Under the pieces are notes generated by a model, which searched no databases, was not told where the DNA came from, and worked only from the letters and a program-made list of their open reading frames with translations. 64,000 nucleotides of DNA from SAR202 cluster bacterium (GTDB lineage: Bacteria; Chloroflexota; Dehalococcoidia; Lucifugimonadales; UBA2985), in the NCBI GenBank assembly GCA_009391535.1, contig VFHP01000024.1, forward strand, positions 209,976-273,975. Reading direction: 5' to 3'. Numbering within the stretch: the stretch's first letter is position 1; every line of letters begins with the position of its first letter. This document shows, one piece after another, positions 46,389 through 56,022 of this stretch. The position numbers and the translations under genes are program-made.

Positions 46389-48713
46389 TTATTCAATGGC
46401 GTATAAGGTTCCATCTTCAGAAGCTAAGTACAATACACCATCTGCAACTACAGGAATTGTAGATATATTGTTGGCTGCGTCTATTTGCCATAAGGGTTCC
46501 CCATTATGTTTATCAACCGCGTGTAATTTACCCGTTGCATCGGTTAGCAATAAAGTGTCTTTAACTATGGTGGATGAGGATATTTTCAATGGCCTTACGT
46601 CGTATAGCCATTCTCTCTTACCCGTTTCATCATTAAGGGCATGCAATAGTCCTTCTTGTGTCGATACGTACACTCTTTGACCATCTGACGAAGTTGTTGA
46701 GGAGATTGTACCTCCCATAGGCCTGATCCAGTTTACACCTTTAGGTAAACCTGGGTGATCCATCATGCCCCACAGCCAAAGTTGTAGTCTAAGGCGGTAA
46801 TATCTACTGAAAAACAGTACCTCTTCCTCGTGTAAATTTACTGAAATTACATATCCATTCCTGTAAGTTACATAGATGGAGTCACCTGATATGTTCGGAG
46901 ATCCCATAATATGGGGACCTAAACCGCGAAAGGAAAATCTCCTTTTCCCTGTATTTGTATCGTGTATAGTTACTCTACCGTCCATAGAGGCAATAACAAG
47001 AAGGTTATTTGATATGGCAGGTGTGTTTGTTAACCAGTCTCTGGTCAGATAGTCCCATTTTAGCTCCCCAGTCAAGGCGTCTAAAGCATATAGTTTATTA
47101 TCTCCTGATCCAATATATAAAACTCCATCTTTCACGATAGGGGATCCTTCAAGGGGAAGAGCATCCGGGTTGTCTGGCATGACAAATTGCCATTTTTTAT
47201 CCCCATTGTACCTGTCTAATGCCAGAACCTTGTTATTTCTTAGACCAATAAAAATTAAGTTGTCAGTTACTGCTGGAGATGAATCAACGGGGATTTCCGT
47301 AGGGCGTTCCCATATTATAGCCCCAGAATTCCTATTTAACGCTACAATTCTGTGGTCTTGAGTATTGAGATAGACCATATCACCCTTCAAAACGGGTGTT
47401 GATACTATTTTTGCATTGGTTTCAAACGCCCATTTTACATTGCCAGAGATAGACAGATCTTCAGTTTCAATGGTATGTAGTCCAGAATGATCCCTGTGGA
47501 TCATTGCCCATTCACCCGGCTCCGAAATCGAGCTTATGTTGGATGTTGGAGGTGGCAAAGGAAAAGTTATGTCCAAGAATTGAGTTATAGAGAAGGCTAG
47601 GAAGCATATTGATATACCTCCTACCAATGTTCTCCTGATCCTGTCCCTAGTTTCTTTTATTGAAGATCGTTCTTCTGAAGTTGCAACTTCTTCGTCTTCT
47701 CCGGCGCCCGCTCGCTTCAATATGCTTCTACAACCCATGCACCATTCTATTCCCGAACTGTTTTCATATCCGCATATTCTGCATCTAATGCTGGTGCCAT
47801 ACTCGACAGTGTATTCTCTTGTTATTTGGTTTTCCAATCCAGGGATTGGCTTTTGTGTTTGGTTGTCGTTTGCCATACTAGGTATATTACCAGAATTACT
47901 AATTAAAGACAGGCCTATTAAATCATTCATGAATAACCTTGCATTTTCATAACGCATACGTGGATGAGGAGAAAGAACTTTGTTAAATATGAAGTCCACT
48001 TCTTTAGGGAGTGTTCTATTCAGTGTGCTAGGTCCCTTGGGTGCAGAACTAGTTTTTTGACTGTATGACACTGAGTGATCCAAGGATTTATACGGTAGCT
48101 CCCCTGTTATTAACCTGTATGCTATAACCCCTATTGAATATGTGTTGGAGCTTAAGCTCATAGGCTGGTTGTTCAATGATTCCGGTGCTATGTAAGGTGT
48201 TTCAGGTCTGTTTATAGCTATATAAGTATTGTCATTTGAGCTTCTTAATGCCTCGCTTATAGCCAAACCGCTAATTTTGACTTCAGAAGTTATGGTATTA
48301 ACGAATACCTTACTTGGAGTTATATTAGTGTGATATATTCCCATATCGTTGAAAAAACATATAGTGTCAGACAGATTTTTCAGGATAGTTATGATTTGCG
48401 ATAAACTATTCATATTGTCCAGAATCGTCTCGAGGCTTTGATATTCACAATATTCGGTGACTACACAAAATTTTCCATTCTCTTCGCCATGATAGATGAC
48501 ATCAACTAATCCAGGATGGTTTGTGGTTGAGATCAATTCAGATCGGCGGTTCATTTCAAGAGAAATTTGAGGAAAGCTAGACAAATTTGGACGAAACATC
48601 TTTATAACGACTACTTCATTTTTGTTATAGGTGCTACTGGCTTTGTAGGTCGACGAGATACTATTAGATCCAAGGACTTCTAATATCTCGTATCCTAAAA
48701 TTTTTCTTTCCAA
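46389..48713 (-). CDS. Ser/Thr protein kinase homologue with degenerate catalytic motifs (predicted pseudokinase), zinc ribbon, TM helix and PQQ-like beta-propeller
   Basis: 774 aa. The kinase fold is recognisable (VVIK, YIAPES, HPRMRY). However, the Gly-loop is LGSNSISS, HRD is replaced by HTN, and DFG by GLA. CRICGYENSSGIEWCMGC follows, then a TM segment (LVGGISICFLAFSITQFL). The rest is repeated 'G.l.A.d..tG...W' beta-propeller blades. Confidence 0.8.
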   Translation of the reverse strand: MERKILGYEILEVLGSNSISSTYKASSTYNKNEVVVIKMFRPNLSSFPQISLEMNRRSELISTTNHPGLVDVIYHGEENGKFCVVTEYCEYQSLETILDNMNSLSQIITILKNLSDTICFFNDMGIYHTNITPSKVFVNTITSEVKISGLAISEALRSSNDNTYIAINRPETPYIAPESLNNQPMSLSSNTYSIGVIAYRLITGELPYKSLDHSVSYSQKTSSAPKGPSTLNRTLPKEVDFIFNKVLSPHPRMRYENARLFMNDLIGLSLISNSGNIPSMANDNQTQKPIPGLENQITREYTVEYGTSIRCRICGYENSSGIEWCMGCRSILKRAGAGEDEEVATSEERSSIKETRDRIRRTLVGGISICFLAFSITQFLDITFPLPPPTSNISSISEPGEWAMIHRDHSGLHTIETEDLSISGNVKWAFETNAKIVSTPVLKGDMVYLNTQDHRIVALNRNSGAIIWERPTEIPVDSSPAVTDNLIFIGLRNNKVLALDRYNGDKKWQFVMPDNPDALPLEGSPIVKDGVLYIGSGDNKLYALDALTGELKWDYLTRDWLTNTPAISNNLLVIASMDGRVTIHDTNTGKRRFSFRGLGPHIMGSPNISGDSIYVTYRNGYVISVNLHEEEVLFFSRYYRLRLQLWLWGMMDHPGLPKGVNWIRPMGGTISSTTSSDGQRVYVSTQEGLLHALNDETGKREWLYDVRPLKISSSTIVKDTLLLTDATGKLHAVDKHNGEPLWQIDAANNISTIPVVADGVLYLASEDGTLYAIE

Positions 48714-48825
48714 TTAATTAATGTCCTTGAAGAGTGTGAGTTCTCCGAGCTTGAAATGCTGCATTGACAATTTTGGCGGATTATACATGGCAAATGTTTG
48801 CAAATCTACGGATCGATATAAGGCT

Positions 48826-49083
48826 TTATTGTGATTTTTTGCCAGAATCCTCTTCATCTATAAGTTGGTACCTAGCCTCTATAACATTACTGTATTTTTT
48901 ATTGGTAGATTCTTTTCGTTTTGCATTGTTTGAGTTGCTGTGGGATAATTTTATTACAGCTATTATTATCCCTGTGAATCCAGCTATGACTACTCCCAAT
49001 ATTATTAACCTGAAAAAAGCTGTTATAGATAACAGGGTCAGTAAACCGTAAATTAATAACCGATATGTAATAGCTCTACTCAT
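48826..49083 (-). CDS. small two-helix membrane protein (hypothetical)
   Basis: 85 aa with two hydrophobic helices and then a charged tail. No obvious SD. An ORF on the opposite strand (48764..49051) overlaps it, so the strand call is uncertain. Confidence 0.3.
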   Translation of the reverse strand: MSRAITYRLLIYGLLTLLSITAFFRLIILGVVIAGFTGIIIAVIKLSHSNSNNAKRKESTNKKYSNVIEARYQLIDEEDSGKKSQ

Positions 49084-49175
49084 GATATATTTGTGTTTTA
49101 AGTATTTCTCTAAGATCCTGTTAATGATACATTAAGTACAGTGATTTTGTACCTAAAAAGTGGTTTGGTTTTATT

Positions 49176-50171
49176 ATGATATACGTATTATATGGCATTG
49201 ACGATTTTTCTATCAGGCAAGAGTTGTCCGAAATACAAAATTCGATAATGCAGGATGACATATTCAACACTAATGTAACTAAATTTTATGCCTCGTCTTC
49301 CACTCTGGCTCAAATAAAGGAAGTGTGTAGTACCTTACCATTTATGGCTTCTAAACGTCTCGTAATATTGGAAGGTTTGTTGTCTTTGTTTGACAATAAA
49401 ATAGTGAATGGAGAAGTGACCAAACAAGATAGTTGGATATCCTTTGATAGTTACGTTAAAGAGATGCCGGAAACCACTGATTTAATCCTAATTGATGGGA
49501 ATATAAATGATCGTAATAAGTTGTTAAGACAATTGGTGGGAACCGCAAGCATAAAGCCATTTCCACCGATAAGAGGTAACAATCTTATTAATTGGATTAA
49601 TCATAAAGCAAAGCTTGAAGGATGTACCATATCTGTTCCAGCCGTAAAATTGTTGGCAAGTGTGGTTGGAAGTAATTTGTGGATAATGGATGGTGAGATA
49701 AATAAGTTATCATTGTATTGCTCCTATAAGCATATAACAGTGGAGGACGTGAGCACGGTGGTTTCAGATTTGTTTTCCAGAGAAGTAAGAATATTCGATG
49801 CTATCGATTCTATATTCTTGGGGAACAATCCGGAATTTTTGAAGGTAATACAAAAACTCCAAAATGAAGGAATGATGACATCCCAAGTTGTTACTATGTT
49901 CGCTCGCCAACTGCGACTACTTTTATTGGCGAAACACCTTCATGGAAAAGGAGTTAAGGTAGGCGCTTTAGATAAATTGTCTTCATATACGAATAACAGG
50001 TGGGTGGCCCAGAAAATATTAGATCAATCTCGCAAATATCCGGAAGACGTACTTCGCAACATACATACCGCTTTTATAGACGTAGATTATTTATTCAAAA
50101 GTGAATCTATTAGTCAGGACTCATTGGGAAAAATAATGATCGAGACTATGGCATCCTCTCAGCGGCGCTGA
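49176..50171 (+). CDS. holA: DNA polymerase III delta subunit
   Basis: 331 aa. The N-terminus (IYVLYGIDDFSIRQEL) and the overall length and pattern are typical of HolA; the sequence is weakly conserved. Confidence 0.7.
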   Translation: MIYVLYGIDDFSIRQELSEIQNSIMQDDIFNTNVTKFYASSSTLAQIKEVCSTLPFMASKRLVILEGLLSLFDNKIVNGEVTKQDSWISFDSYVKEMPETTDLILIDGNINDRNKLLRQLVGTASIKPFPPIRGNNLINWINHKAKLEGCTISVPAVKLLASVVGSNLWIMDGEINKLSLYCSYKHITVEDVSTVVSDLFSREVRIFDAIDSIFLGNNPEFLKVIQKLQNEGMMTSQVVTMFARQLRLLLLAKHLHGKGVKVGALDKLSSYTNNRWVAQKILDQSRKYPEDVLRNIHTAFIDVDYLFKSESISQDSLGKIMIETMASSQRR

Positions 50172-50196
50172 TCCCATCAACCTTCGTCCCAATTAC

Positions 50197-50928
50197 TCAC
50201 CGGAGTTTTATGTATTTGAATGCCTCTGCGTATTTCATAGCGTGGGGTGTTCCAACATCGCTGGCTCTTTGCTTTAGACGAGTCTCCAGTCTTTCCAGAC
50301 TTTCTGCATCAGTGCCTACTTGGGAAGCATGCTGTTTAAGGGCAGATACTTTGATGTCTATTGTCTCTGTAATGTCTATCCAGACGCTTGCGTTACCTTC
50401 TCGTGTTGAAAGGTATACTTCTAGCACTTTGTGAGGTAGAAGGCCTTCTTCTTGAACCAATTCTGGAAACATATGGTAATCACGTGCAGACGGAAATATT
50501 GCGTCTAGCGCAGTATCACCTGCTGCTCTGTGATCAGGATGGTTTATATTGGAATCCCCGTAGCGGTTGGTGGGGTCTTGGCAAATAACAACATCTGGTT
50601 TGTGAATTCTGATCTGGCGCACGATATCCTTACGTAATGTGAGAGTGTTTTGTAACATACCGTCTGCATGTCTTAGAAAAATCACCTGTTCCCCCCCGAT
50701 CACTGTACAGGCATTTTCTTGTTCTTTTTCTCTGATAACGGCGAGTTCTTCGGGTTTCGTTTTCGGGTCTGATGTCCCTTTATCGCCACTCGTGCAGAGT
50801 AAATAAACTATGGAACACCCTTCTTGGGCCCATTTAGCTAACGTTCCTGCTGCCATAAAGTCGGCATCGTCTGGATGAGCAACTATGATCATAACTTTTT
50901 TGGTGATGCTATCTGTATATTCACTCAT
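50197..50928 (-). CDS. PIG-L/LmbE family N-acetylglucosaminyl deacetylase
   Basis: 243 aa with IVAHPDDADF and HPDHRAAG zinc-site motifs. Confidence 0.8.
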   Translation of the reverse strand: MSEYTDSITKKVMIIVAHPDDADFMAAGTLAKWAQEGCSIVYLLCTSGDKGTSDPKTKPEELAVIREKEQENACTVIGGEQVIFLRHADGMLQNTLTLRKDIVRQIRIHKPDVVICQDPTNRYGDSNINHPDHRAAGDTALDAIFPSARDYHMFPELVQEEGLLPHKVLEVYLSTREGNASVWIDITETIDIKVSALKQHASQVGTDAESLERLETRLKQRASDVGTPHAMKYAEAFKYIKLR

Positions 50929-50970
50929 TTTTATCTCCTAGGTTTACTTTTCAGCACAGTATTGATTTTT

Positions 50971-52194
50971 TCAATGATCGTTCAGAAGTTGATTAATCAC
51001 ATTCAAGAAATTGTTTTGTTTAGTACTCTTGACATTACCATTCTGTAAGATTTGTATGTCTTTTGTTTTATCTAGCATTTCCAAATGACTGACAATCTCT
51101 GATAGAGCGGCAAAAAATCCACCACCTACCAACTTTCTTGGTGGGAATAGTTTTCTTGTTATTTCTGGAGGGCTTTGAACGCCAGATTCTATTACATTTA
51201 CAATTCTTTTAAGTCTCGTGGAATGGTGTCTTATTATATCCTTGCCTCTCATCAGATTCCTGATGTTGAATTTATTGTTGTTGAATAATCTATGTGCAGG
51301 TAGAACCGTTTTACGGTTATTCAATTTCAATGCTTTTCCCAAAGAAGACAAGTAACAATAGAGTCCATAGTGGTTGTTTGCATCCTTGTATGGGTCAGGT
51401 ATTTTATCCATCAAATCTGCTGGGTATTTTCTCACTATGGTGGGGTGTGGGGTTATTTGGGGCAATATATGATCACCTGTAAATAAAACTCCGTCCATAT
51501 CTATACATATTTCGTCTACCGAATGACCAGGAGTGTATAAGAACGTCATTTTATCGAGAGAGTCTCCATCCTTTATGGTATGTATCTGAGAAACTTGTTT
51601 AATGATTTTCTGTCTTGATTCGTCGTACCCTCTAAACCTTGATCTGTATTTGGCATAGTCACTTTTGAGTCTAGATGGTGAATTCTCAGTGTGATTTCTA
51701 AATTCAAGAATAGATTTGTGTAGCAGGGAGTCAGAATTCAATCCTGAATACGAACTGTGTTGGCCAAGAAAGAAAAAATACATCTCTTGCGCCCACAATA
51801 CTGCACCACTTTTTTCTATTACGTCGTATGTGTTTCCATCGTGATCTTGATGTCCATGACTTATTATAACTCGCTCGATATCTGTAATCTTTTTCCCTAT
51901 AATTCCCAATCCTGCTTCCAACGAAGGGAGTGCTCCATAAGGTCCGGCATCTATTAGTGTCCAGCCGTCGTTATTTACGAGGTAAGACCAAGTTGGTCCA
52001 GTTCTATTAGGCAGAAGATGAGGCAATGAGATAGCAAAAATTTCTAACGAGCTTTCGAGTGTTATATGGATAACCATATTGTATCCATCTTCATCACCGT
52101 TTTTTAAGATCTCGAGATCTTTTAGGTACGGATTAGTTGAGGGATTCCAAAGTGATGATCCAGATTGAATTGACAAACTACCTCGCCTTAACAT
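50971..52194 (-). CDS. MBL-fold metallo-hydrolase
   Basis: It has the HxHxDH motif (ISHGHQDHDGN). The ORF-track start at 52248 would overlap tRNA-His, so I use the first ATG downstream of the tRNA (52194). A later start is possible. Confidence 0.7.
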   Translation of the reverse strand: MLRRGSLSIQSGSSLWNPSTNPYLKDLEILKNGDEDGYNMVIHITLESSLEIFAISLPHLLPNRTGPTWSYLVNNDGWTLIDAGPYGALPSLEAGLGIIGKKITDIERVIISHGHQDHDGNTYDVIEKSGAVLWAQEMYFFFLGQHSSYSGLNSDSLLHKSILEFRNHTENSPSRLKSDYAKYRSRFRGYDESRQKIIKQVSQIHTIKDGDSLDKMTFLYTPGHSVDEICIDMDGVLFTGDHILPQITPHPTIVRKYPADLMDKIPDPYKDANNHYGLYCYLSSLGKALKLNNRKTVLPAHRLFNNNKFNIRNLMRGKDIIRHHSTRLKRIVNVIESGVQSPPEITRKLFPPRKLVGGGFFAALSEIVSHLEMLDKTKDIQILQNGNVKSTKQNNFLNVINQLLNDH

Positions 52195-52205
52195 TTGAAT
52201 GAATA

Positions 52206-52282
52206 TGGGGTGAGCGGAGGGATTTGAACCCTCGATCTCCAGGGCCACAACCTGGCGCCTTAACCACTAGGCCACGCCCACC
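52206..52282 (-). tRNA. tRNA-His (anticodon GTG)
   Basis: The minus-strand read is G-GTGGGCG-TGGCCTAGTGGTTAAGGCG-CCAGG-TTGTGGC-CCTGG-AGAT-CGAGGGTTCAAATCCCTC-CGCTCAC-C-CCA. It forms a cloverleaf with anticodon loop TTGTGGC, an encoded G-1 opposite C73 (a His identity element), and an encoded CCA. Confidence 0.9.
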
Positions 52283-52308
52283 ACGAAACCCTTTCGCAGA
52301 CGCGGGGA

Positions 52309-52337
52309 ATTTTAACATTGGTCATGGAAGAGGTCAA
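52309..52337 (-). promoter_or_regulatory. candidate promoter for tRNA-His
   Basis: Reading the minus strand: TTGACC (52337-52332), a 17-nt spacer, then TAAAAT (52314-52309). The -10 element ends 26 nt upstream of the tRNA 5' end. Confidence 0.5.
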
Positions 52338-52422
52338 TGATGTATGTCAAATTTTGAAATTGATAACGCTGACATGGGTTTGAGGACAGGCCCATGTATT
52401 TGACGTTATGCATAGGTTGATA

Positions 52423-53034
52423 TCAGGCAATTGCGTGCCTATTTACCATGTTTCTGGCTTTCCTTAGTATCTTGTGCAGTGCAGGATATATATCCAAAGA
52501 AGAGTCTATAATGTAGTGTTGTCTCAGGATAGGCTGGGCTGTTTCCTTTAATTTATTGTATACAGATATATCAGCAGAAGAATTATTTTTTGGATCTGGT
52601 TTGACTGTTCGTTGATAAAGCCTATCTCTTACTATCTCCTGTGGGGCTGTTAAGGCTACTAATATCACATTTGCATTACTGGTTTCTGCTATCCGATATA
52701 TTCTTTTCCTGTTTTTCCTCAATAAGTTTGTCGCATCCAGGAGTACCGAGACATTGCTTATTAACAGTTCTTCTATCAACGTGTGGCAGACACTGAACAC
52801 TGTAGCATTTTCGGCCCTGCTATAGTCTGGGTTTTTGAACAATGTACGCCTAATGAAGTCAGTTTCAATTATAGTTATGGGTAATCTATCTGCTATGATA
52901 TTGGCTAGATGTGACTTTCCTGTTCCAGGCAGACCGCTGAGAATAATTAAGATGGTTTTATTCGTATCACTAGGTTTGGATAAATTTGGTAAATTCCTGC
53001 GTATTTCGTCTAGATTATATTCACGAAAGCTCAT
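52423..53034 (-). CDS. P-loop kinase-like ATP-binding protein (AAA_33-like)
   Basis: 203 aa with Walker A LSGLPGTGKSHLA near the N-terminus and a small kinase-like size. Substrate unknown. Confidence 0.55.
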   Translation of the reverse strand: MSFREYNLDEIRRNLPNLSKPSDTNKTILIILSGLPGTGKSHLANIIADRLPITIIETDFIRRTLFKNPDYSRAENATVFSVCHTLIEELLISNVSVLLDATNLLRKNRKRIYRIAETSNANVILVALTAPQEIVRDRLYQRTVKPDPKNNSSADISVYNKLKETAQPILRQHYIIDSSLDIYPALHKILRKARNMVNRHAIA

Positions 53035-53179
53035 GATGGTTATAGAATTCTTGTTTATTAACCAATATTTGGCATTATAATGCAGACATATAATTTAAGA
53101 AACAGTAGATTGTTATTTCCATTTTTTGTTATGTCTATGATATATTGCCATAAATTATAAGAAACTCTTTAGGGGCGCA

Positions 53180-53671
53180 ATGTTTAATTTAGGAATATTA
53201 ACTAGTAGTGATGCCGGATCTTCTGGCAAGAGAGAAGATACTAGTGGATTATTTATCAAGGAATTGTTTTCGGGCAGGGGTTTCAGTGTGGTTTGTTATG
53301 AAATAGTTCCGGATGATATCGCTACAATTGAAAATAAGATAATTTCATGGGCTGATGGTGGTGAAGTTAATCTCATTATTACTAACGGAGGGACAGGTTT
53401 GGGTCCCAGAGACGTTGTCCCGGAGGCCACGAAGAATGTGATAGAACGGATGGTACCAGGCATTTCGGAAGCTATGAGGCAGCATGGTTCTAACTATACA
53501 AAGTTAGCGATGATCAGCAGAGGAGTCTCTGGTATTCGTAATAATTGCCTGATAATTAACTTGCCTGGTAGTTTGAAGGCCGTAAAGCAATGTTTAGAGG
53601 CAGTTGAAGATGTGATCCCTCATGCTCTAGAAGTATTGACGAAGATAAGGGTAGAGAAACATCCGTCTTAA
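53180..53671 (+). CDS. molybdenum cofactor biosynthesis protein MogA/MoaB family
   Basis: 163 aa with the MoCF_biosynth motif ITNGGTGLGPRDVVPEAT. Confidence 0.8.
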   Translation: MFNLGILTSSDAGSSGKREDTSGLFIKELFSGRGFSVVCYEIVPDDIATIENKIISWADGGEVNLIITNGGTGLGPRDVVPEATKNVIERMVPGISEAMRQHGSNYTKLAMISRGVSGIRNNCLIINLPGSLKAVKQCLEAVEDVIPHALEVLTKIRVEKHPS

Positions 53672-53682
53672 TTGAATCAACC

Positions 53683-54438
53683 ATGAAGATCTATGTATTG
53701 ACACTTTTCCCGGAGATGTTCCAAGGACCTTTCCAATACAGCATAATTGGTAGAGCTATTGAAAATGAAATTGTAGATATCGAGCTTCATGATATTCGTG
53801 ATTATTCGGAAGACAAACATAGGAAGGTTGACGATTATCCTTTTGGTGGAGGAGGTGGCATGATTCTGAAACCAGAGCCTATTTTTTCCGCCATTGAATC
53901 AATAAAGAACAAAATAAGAAAACAGGATGGAGAACATGTTGTTGCCGATACTAAAGTAGTGCATTTGTCTCCACAGGGTGATGTCTTTGATCAGAGAAAA
54001 GCAATGACACTTTCTGGATACAGTTCATTAATATTCTTATGCGGACATTATGATGGAATTGATGAAAGGGTTATAGATCAGCTGGTGGATCTGGAAATAA
54101 GTATAGGGGACTACGTACTTAGCGGAGGCGAATTACCTGCCATGGTTGTAATTGACTCGATTGTTAGATTATTGCCTGGAGTGCTAGGAAACCGCAAGTC
54201 TATAGAGGATGATAGTCATTACATCGAGGGGTTCATACAATTCCCACAATATACTAGGCCGTCTTCGTTCAGAGATCTCGATGTGCCAAATGTGTTGCTT
54301 TCAGGAAATCATGAAGAGATCCAGAAATGGAGAATAGAGCAATCCATCAAACGCACTATAACCAAAAGGCCAGATCTATTCGATTCCTTGGAATCGGATC
54401 GTGGCATCGATTCTCTGAATGATACAGAGCAAGCATAA
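53683..54438 (+). CDS. trmD: tRNA (guanine37-N1)-methyltransferase
   Basis: 251 aa with LTLFPEMF, DDYPFGGGGGM, CGHYDGIDERV and LSGGELPAMVVIDS. Confidence 0.95.
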   Translation: MKIYVLTLFPEMFQGPFQYSIIGRAIENEIVDIELHDIRDYSEDKHRKVDDYPFGGGGGMILKPEPIFSAIESIKNKIRKQDGEHVVADTKVVHLSPQGDVFDQRKAMTLSGYSSLIFLCGHYDGIDERVIDQLVDLEISIGDYVLSGGELPAMVVIDSIVRLLPGVLGNRKSIEDDSHYIEGFIQFPQYTRPSSFRDLDVPNVLLSGNHEEIQKWRIEQSIKRTITKRPDLFDSLESDRGIDSLNDTEQA

Positions 54439-54530
54439 ATTATGTCCCAAGCCATAACGCTACACAAATAAAGTCGTTTAATCGTCATCTATTTTTAAAT
54501 ACTTTTCTAAGTTCCCAGAATTAACACATA

Positions 54531-54550
54531 TTTATTCCTGTTTATTCCTG
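54531..54550 (+). repeat. perfect tandem 10-bp direct repeat TTTATTCCTG x2 (candidate MraZ operator)
   Basis: tttattcctg tttattcctg, followed by a looser third unit (tctcactcca, with TCC recurring at 54536, 54546 and 54557). It lies about 130 nt upstream of mraZ. The ~10-bp phasing resembles described MraZ direct-repeat operators. Confidence 0.4.
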
Positions 54551-54620
54551 TCTCACTCCATGGTTAAGCCAGTGTTTTAAACGCGATCATAAATTCATCA
54601 AAAGTTTTTTAAAATAAGGC

Positions 54621-54649
54621 TTGCATTTTACAACAACTAGTATTATTCT
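54621..54649 (+). promoter_or_regulatory. candidate promoter of the mraZ-rsmH cluster
   Basis: TTGCAT (54621-54626), a 17-nt spacer, then TATTCT (54644-54649). If real, transcription starts after the ATG at 54650, which favours the ATG at 54680 as the mraZ start. Confidence 0.35.
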
Positions 54650-54679
54650 ATGGTAGAAATTGGAGTAAACAGGAAAAAT

Positions 54680-55135
54680 ATGGGGACAATAGTGAATCCT
54701 GCTGAACTTTTCTATGGAGAACTGAATAAGAAAGTGGACCTGCAAGGCAGGATCTCGCTGCCGTCCCGTTATAAGGAAAGATTCAAGGGGGGGCTAGTCT
54801 TACAACGTGGATACGACCGTTGTATAAACATATGGCCTCCTTCTGAATTTGGAGACTATGCCAGGCAGGTCGCGGCTTTACCTACTAATATCTCTAAGGA
54901 GCGTAGGCAGAGAAGGAATGTGTTTTCGTCGTCGTTTGATGCGGACATGGATAGACAAGGAAGAGTTTTAATACCTAGTCGTTTGAGAGAGTATGCACAT
55001 ATAGACGAAGAAGTCGTAATAGCTGGCATGGGTTCCTACTTGGAATTATGGTCTAAAGACGAATGGGAACTGGAACGAGACGCCATAGAGGCTGACTCTT
55101 CTAGGATCGCAGAACAGGGGGAGAATTACAGATGA
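54680..55135 (+). CDS. mraZ: division/cell wall cluster transcriptional regulator MraZ
   Basis: It has two SpoVT/AbrB-like halves (DLQGRISLPSRYKERF and DRQGRVLIPSRLREYA). Starting at 54680 gives 151 aa, a typical MraZ length. The ORF track starts at 54650. Confidence 0.85.
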   Translation: MGTIVNPAELFYGELNKKVDLQGRISLPSRYKERFKGGLVLQRGYDRCINIWPPSEFGDYARQVAALPTNISKERRQRRNVFSSSFDADMDRQGRVLIPSRLREYAHIDEEVVIAGMGSYLELWSKDEWELERDAIEADSSRIAEQGENYR

Positions 55136-56022
55136 GTAACTCTTTCCCTAAATATCACGTACCAGTTTTGTCAGAAGAGCTTGTTGATAGTTTAAGTGTT
55201 AAGCCAAAGGGTAAATATATAGATTGTACCCTTGGTGAGGCTGGACACACACAGGCGATTTTAGAATCAACAAAACCGGCTCCAACAATTCTGGGTATAG
55301 ACTTGGACCTAGATGCCATATCTTCCTCAATAAAGTCTCTCGACAGTTATTCAAAAAACGTTACGTTAGTCAATGACAACTTTGGTAATCTTAAAGCAAT
55401 AGCAGCTAAAAACGGATTTTCTTCTGTGGATGGTGTTTTCTTCGATCTTGGATTGTCATCTTTGCAACTTGAAAAACAGGGTAGGGGATTTAGTTTCAGG
55501 TCAGATGACTACCTTGATATGAGATTTGACAAAAATCAAGATTTTACAGCCTGGGATGTTATAAATACCTATCACGAAAAAGACATTTCTAGGATTGTTG
55601 CGAATTACGGAGAAGAATCTAAGCCTGATCGTATAGCTAAAGCAATTGTCAGAAACAGACCAATTGATACCACTTTGCAATTATCAACTGTTGTTATTAA
55701 AGCACTGAAACGTCCTTGGAATAAGATTCATCCTGCTACTCGGACTTTTCAGGCAATTCGTATGGAAGTTAATGGAGAGATGGAAAACTTAGAATCTGCG
55801 CTTTGTCAATCACAAGAAGTCTTAAGTCCAGGCGGTCGATTGGCAGTTATAAGTTATCACTCTTTAGAGGATAGGTTGGTGAAGAATTTTTTAACTCAAA
55901 AACATAGGGAAGGCGACACTTTAAGGATAATCAATAAAAAGGTGATCAAACCTTCTGATACTGAAATTAGGTTGAACAGAAGGAGTCGAAGCGCCCGAAT
56001 GCGGGTGGCGGAGCGAATTTAG
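55132..56022 (+). CDS. rsmH: 16S rRNA (cytosine1402-N4)-methyltransferase
   Basis: 296 aa with HVPVL, DCTLGEAGH, FDLGLSS and ISYHSLEDR. There is a 4-nt overlap with mraZ. Confidence 0.95.
   Translation: MSNSFPKYHVPVLSEELVDSLSVKPKGKYIDCTLGEAGHTQAILESTKPAPTILGIDLDLDAISSSIKSLDSYSKNVTLVNDNFGNLKAIAAKNGFSSVDGVFFDLGLSSLQLEKQGRGFSFRSDDYLDMRFDKNQDFTAWDVINTYHEKDISRIVANYGEESKPDRIAKAIVRNRPIDTTLQLSTVVIKALKRPWNKIHPATRTFQAIRMEVNGEMENLESALCQSQEVLSPGGRLAVISYHSLEDRLVKNFLTQKHREGDTLRIINKKVIKPSDTEIRLNRRSRSARMRVAERI

Noticed and set aside
48764-49051. A 95-aa plus-strand ORF overlapping the small membrane-protein ORF on the minus strand.
   Set aside because: Only one of the two can be real. I favour the minus-strand product, which has two clean TM helices and a charged tail and is co-directional with its neighbours. 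Neither ORF has strong support.
52195-52248. An N-terminal extension of the MBL hydrolase ORF (start at 52248).
   Set aside because: The extension is the reverse complement of tRNA-His (52206..52282), so the ORF-track start is an artefact.
52206-52422. tRNA-His as a possible integration site for a genomic island.
   Set aside because: There is no integrase, transposase or phage-like gene on either side. I did not notice a second copy of the tRNA 3' end by eye, but this was not searched exhaustively.
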